From: Eledone cirrhosa
Taxonomy: Eukaryota
Length of the DNA: 64,000 nucleotides
Assembly: GCA_964016885.1 (NCBI GenBank)
Contig: OZ024765.1
Location: forward strand, 6,386,001 to 6,450,000
Direction: 5' to 3'
Shown here: one piece after another, positions 58,876-64,000 of the stretch
Layout of the letters: each line of letters starts with the position of its first letter
Numbering within the stretch: the stretch's first letter is position 1
Made by a program: the position numbers and the translations under genes
Notes under the pieces: generated by a model
Databases searched by the model: none
What the model saw: the letters and a program-made list of their open reading frames with translations, nothing else
What the model was told of the DNA's origin: nothing

Positions 58876-59045
58876 ATCATCATCATCATCAACGTTTAAC
58901 GTCCATGTTCCACGCTTGCATGGGTTTGGACGGGGGTAGTCCCACTTGAGGCAAGAGTGATTGTCCCGCTCGCATAGGACTGTCTGGCAGGTTTTCTACA
59001 GTTGGATGCCCTTCCTAACACCAACCACATTTACACATGTGATGT

Positions 59046-59383
59046 GGAGGCACATGGCTTAGTGGTTAGAGCATTGGCCTCGCAATCGAAAGGTTGTGAG
59101 TTCAATTCTCAGACCGGGTGATGTGTTGTGTCCTTGAGCAAGATACTTTATTTCACATTGCTCCAGTTTACTCAGCTGTAGAAATGAGATGATAGGGACT
59201 GGGGTCCATATGATTCCACTGTAAAGTGGTCGTGGAGGTGCCACGGCAAAAAAGCACCCAGCACTCACTGTAAATGAGGTTGGTGTTAGGAAGGGCATCC
59301 AGCTGTAGAAATCAAGCCAGAATCAGTTCCCGTCCCACCCTTGCAAGCAGGGAAAAAGCGGACGTAAAATGAAATGATGATGA
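59046..59383 (+). mobile_element. Full-length tRNA-derived SINE with RTE-derived tail
   Basis: A box TGGCTTAGTGG, B box GTTCAATTC, a central core, and the tail cccgtcccacccttgcaagcagggaaaaagcggacgtaaaa matching the RTE 3' end at 24114-24175. Confidence 0.88.
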
Positions 59384-59897
59384 TATATACATACATGGAT
59401 ATATGTGTGTGTATATATATATGTGTGTATATATATATATGTGTATATGTATATTTGTGTATATATATATATATATATATGTGAGTGTGTGAATATATGT
59501 GTATATGTATATATGTGTGTGTATATGTGTATATATGTATATGTACATATGTGTGTGTGTATATATACATATATATGTATATATCTGTATATATACATAT
59601 ATATGTATATATCTGTATATGTATATATATATATATATATATAACTTATTTTTTCTATTATACACACACGCACACACAACACACACACACACATATATAT
59701 AGATGAAAAATGGCGTGCTGCGTTATTGCGGATGTGATACATATGAATTAAAAAAATAGAGTAAGAAGCCAGGACTATCCATCATCAGTGATCTTATGGC
59801 TATCATAGGTATTTCTTCGCATTAAAGATCATATACCTCAGGCCAGCGCGAGCAATAACTAAAATAAAGTTATTGGGTGGAGAAAGAGAGACATGTA

Positions 59898-60128
59898 AAC
59901 AATCGTAAAGATACATAGATATTAGTGTTGTCATTAACAGTGTCATATTTACAGAGTGGAGATGATGTGGTCAGAATCAGTGGATGCGACAAAGATTATA
60001 AAAGAATAATATAACAATTATATTTTATCACCTTTGTCGCATCCACTGATACTGACGACATCATCTCCACTCTGTAAATATGACACTGTTAATGACAACA
60101 CTAATATCGATGTATCTTTACGATTGTT
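59898..60128. repeat. Fold-back inverted repeat (~100-bp arms) upstream of a degenerate hammerhead (60170-60218)
   Basis: aacaatcgtaaagatacat..gatgcgacaaag pairs with ctttgtcgcatcc..atgtatctttacgattgtt. It is followed by CAGATGA-ttccaaac gaaa gtttggaa-GAAA-cgattgTC. Confidence 0.85.
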
Positions 60129-60257
60129 CTGTGGAATAAGAAGTTAATTATATGTCTAAACTTTGCTAGTGGTCAGATGATTCCAAACGAAAGTTTGGAA
60201 GAAACGATTGTCAGCAATAAAATGTTTTGAACATAGTTTTGATTATTCTGCAAATTT

Positions 60258-60289
<32 letters not shown>

Positions 60290-60293
<4 letters not shown>

Positions 60294-60540
60294 GTCTAAA
60301 GTCTGTCTTAAGCCAGAAGGCTCATTTGGCCGGTGCTTATCCCAGTTTCATGGCGTGAAGCAATTGAGAGTACAAGACAGGGCGCCAGTCCATCGCAGGG
60401 TTAAACCTCCAGCTATTGCTGGTACTCATTTTCAGCTGAGTATACTGGAGCAACGTGAAATGAAGTGTTTTGCTCAGGAACACAACACAACCCAGGAATC
60501 GAACCCACAACATTATGATCGTAAGTCCACGTGCCTCTGC
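60290..60540 (-). mobile_element. tRNA-derived SINE-like fragment
   Basis: B-box GGTTCGATTCC and a gtgttcctgagcaaaacacttcatttcacgttgctcc core. A related head lies at 62425-62548 (-). Confidence 0.65.
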
Positions 60541-60542
60541 TA

Positions 60543-60579
<37 letters not shown>

Positions 60580-60612
60580 TATATATATATATATATACAT
60601 ATTATATATATA

Positions 60613-60709
<97 letters not shown>

Positions 60710-60713
60710 ATAT

Positions 60714-60747
<34 letters not shown>

Positions 60748-60796
60748 ATATTATATATATATATATATTATATATATTATATATATATATATATTA

Positions 60797-60849
<53 letters not shown>

Positions 60850-60861
60850 ATATATATATTA

Positions 60862-60914
<53 letters not shown>

Positions 60915-61500
60915 TATATATATATATATATATATCTATATTATATATATTATATATATATATATCATCATCATCATCGTTTAACGTCCATATTCCACGC
61001 TCGCATGGGTTTGGACGGGAATTGTCCCACTTGAGGCAAGAGTGGTTGTCTTGCTCGCATAGGACTGTCTGGCGGGTTTTCTACGGCTGGATGCCCTTCC
61101 TAACACCAACCACGTTTACAGTGTGGGTCTGGGAGGTTTTTACCGTGTTGCCTACATGGCCACATTACAGCGTGGACTGTGTGTTATTTTGTCGTGACAC
61201 CTACACGACCCCATTTGTTTCGGACTGGATATTGTGGTACCAACATAGCTTTACATTGGAAGGGGGTAGTGCGACGGGGGTGTGTTTTTGTTAGAGGTGC
61301 TTACTGACTGTAGGTTTCGCTTTGTACTTAGGCAAGGCGGATATATATATATAAATATATATATATATACAAAACTGTACATACATACACATATTTTTTG
61401 TTTTCTAAATTCAATATTTTTTTATTGTCTAAATTTATTTATTTTTGTTTTCTAAATTTATTTTTTTCTTAATATGGCTGCCCCCCTTTTCCTACTCCAG

Positions 61501-61622
61501 GAGAGCTTGCTGTTGTCCGTACTCCCACAACATATTGCCATGGAGATGAAGTCGGACATCACAGGGCAACCGAAACACAGCATGTTTCACAAGATCTACC
61601 TCAAACGATATGACAGCGTCAG
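61501..61622 (+). CDS. ADCY5: Adenylyl cyclase type 5/6-like exon: helical domain to start of C1a
   Basis: ctccag|GAG..AG|GTAAGA, 122 nt, phase 0-2. Translates to [40 protein letters not shown](S). Confidence 0.96.
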
Positions 61623-61669
61623 GTAAGACTGATGTTGTTATTGTTGTTGTTGTTGTCGAACCCATGCTA

Positions 61670-62060
61670 ATCATCATCATCATCATCATCATCACTTTAC
61701 ATCTGCTTTTCCCTGCTTGCAAGGGTGGAACGGGTCCTATTCAGCACAGCTCCATTCATCACGGTCCTTCGTCATCTCCTCCGTGAGCTTCAGCGATCTG
61801 AGGTCTGCTCTCACCACCTCCGCCCATGTTTTTCGTGGTCTTCCTCTACTGCGTCTTCCTTCTACTGGGATTTCTTGGCACCTCTTTACCCAGTGGTCAT
61901 CCCCCATGCACATCACATGTCCATACCAATGCAGTCTTCTCTCCTGCACAACTTATCCCTCTTATACACAGTTTCACTCTCATCTCATCTATGCTTGGTC
62001 ATTCATGCACATTGACATTGCACATACATCAGAGCATGCTTACTTCATTTCTCTCCATCC
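61670..62060 (-). mobile_element. RTE LINE 3' fragment (older copy)
   Basis: ERRLHWYGHV..GRPRKTWAEVV with a (TGA)n tail. Confidence 0.88.
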
Positions 62061-62551
62061 GTCTGTCCGTCACACAGTGTGTGTGAGTTTGTGTGAATGT
62101 ATGTGTGTGTGCGTATCTTTTTAACCTGTTAGTTTTTTCGTTACTTTGGTATTGTATGGTTAGGTTTTGCCTACCGCAATGTTTATTTGTCAAGCTATTT
62201 AAACGTATGTTATTACTCTAAGGACCTACCCTTATTGAGTGCTTTGCTAATTCATTCTTATTGTAGGTCGACTTTGCTTGTCCACAGCCAAAGCTTCGAT
62301 TTTACTAAGCTTCCACTTGTATATATAAAGGATCGATCGACTTTCGTCAAATCGGACCGAGGAAACAATGTTTTCGTCAGTCTTTCCAGTTGCTAATACT
62401 ATCTATCGGTCGCAACTCCAGGTAGAAGGAGCAACGTGAAATAAAGTGTCTTGCTCAAGGACATAACGCATCACCCGGTCCAGGAATCGAACTCACAATC
62501 TTAAGATTGTGAATCAAATTCTTTAACCACTCAGCCACACGCCTTCACACT

Positions 62552-62709
<158 letters not shown>

Positions 62710-62867
62710 TTGACAGGACTAGCATAAGGTTTCCCTGCTAGTAATGGTTGCATCGCAGCGTACTCAATAGGTAAGGTTATGTAAAATCCCAGAGTGGACA
62801 CAAAGTTATTTGCTTCAATACGACACACGTAAATGGGTACCTCAAATCTACACCCGTACTTGAGTTT

Positions 62868-63145
62868 TGTGTGGTGTGGTGTGGTGTGGTGTGGTGTGGT
62901 GTGGTGTAGTATGGTGTGGTGTGGTTTGGTGTGGTGTGGTGTAGTGTGGTGTAGTATGGTGTGGTGTGGTGTGGTGTGGTGTAGTGTGGTGTGGTGTGGT
63001 GTTGTGTGGTGTGGTGTTGTATGGTGTGGTGTGGTTTGGTGTGGTGTAGTATGGTGTGGTGTGGTGTGGTGTTGTGTAGTGTGGTGTGGTGTGGTGTGGT
63101 GTTATGCTGTGGTGTGGTGTGGTGCGGTGTGGTGTTATGCTGTGA
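62868..63145. repeat. (GTGTG/TGGTG)n pentanucleotide array
   Basis: Seen directly. Confidence 0.93.
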
Positions 63146-64000
63146 TGTACTCTAGCAATATTATGTTTACTCTCTATATCCGCTCTATTTGACCCGCTGT
63201 TCATTGTATCCATGTTGGTAAGCCTTACAACACAACCAACAACCACAAGACACAGAACAAACAACATACACAATTCTTTCTCTTGCCTTTGTTGTCTTTT
63301 CTGCTTGTTGAATCAATTCTTTGGTCGGGAAGTCTGCAATGTGGCAGCAATCATCACCAAGAGGCACTTGGCAAAGAAAGTCTACTTCCGGTCATCTTAC
63401 ACCAGTTGACCAATGGCCAAAGGTGACTGACTTCTGATCAACTTTCAAGTTCTTTTCATCATCATCTACTACCATCATCATCATCATCATCATTATCATT
63501 ATCATTATTGTTATTGTCATCATCTTTGTTGTCATTGTTGTTGTTGTTGTTGTTTCATTGTCATCATTATTATTATTACTGCTGTTGATGTTGTTGTTAT
63601 TATTATTGTTGTTGCTGTTGTTGTTGTTGTTGTTGTTGTCAGATAGATTATAGTACATTACAGGACATTTTCTTTTGTTTCCTGGTTTTACTACTACTAC
63701 TACTGCAACTACTACTACCACCACCACCACCACTACTGCTACTACTACTTCCACCACCACATTGTCCGACTAATAGAGGACCGTGAGTGCCAGGCAACAT
63801 TCCAGATGCCAGTCACCCCATCTCGGTCTCTTCTTGACCCAAGACTGTAGCTCAGTCAAAGACACAAGCTGTGGAAAGGCCTGACAAACAGTGACCATAC
63901 CTGGTCACTGTTTAGGCAGAATATCTGTAGATGCTACAGTCTCAGCGCCTTTTTGTACATCATTAGACATGGCATGCCCAACCTTCCGCTTAGAAGGTAC

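Noticed and set aside
59046-59120. tRNA gene candidates (A/B boxes)
   Set aside because: They continue into SINE core and tail sequence and are multi-copy, with no convincing cloverleaf.
62328-62380. Minus-strand CTGACGA..GAAAGTCGA hammerhead-like motif
   Set aside because: Stem I, stem II and the cleavage triplet cannot be paired convincingly.
63180-64000. Unique sequence as the next adenylyl cyclase exon
   Set aside because: No ILFADI-type C1a motif behind an acceptor was found. The next exon is presumably beyond the window.

Overview
AT-rich, microsatellite-saturated animal genomic DNA. The repeat repertoire and (TA)n/(TG)n/(ACC)n density suggest a cephalopod such as Octopus (inference). 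Almost all ORFs in the supplied track are microsatellite artefacts. The one host gene I can support is the 5' part of a + strand transmembrane adenylyl cyclase of the ADCY5/6 type. Its exons are a probable small start exon at 40200-40280, then 54438-55657, 56745-56894 and 61501-61622; the catalytic C1a/C2a exons lie beyond the window. The rest is intronic or intergenic sequence with fragments of RTE, CR1-group and probable Tx1-like LINEs, tRNA-derived SINEs, piggyBac-, pogo- and mariner-like MITEs, a non-autonomous Helitron and minisatellites derived from TE ends. The main hidden signal is about 11 intact-core and about 6 degenerate type I hammerhead ribozyme motifs (CTGANGA..GAAA..NTH) from several unrelated families. 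Many sit in fold-back (inverted) duplications bounded by (TA)n tracts. One family interrupts a decayed Penelope-like ORF (linker plus GIY-YIG) that the ORF track misses.
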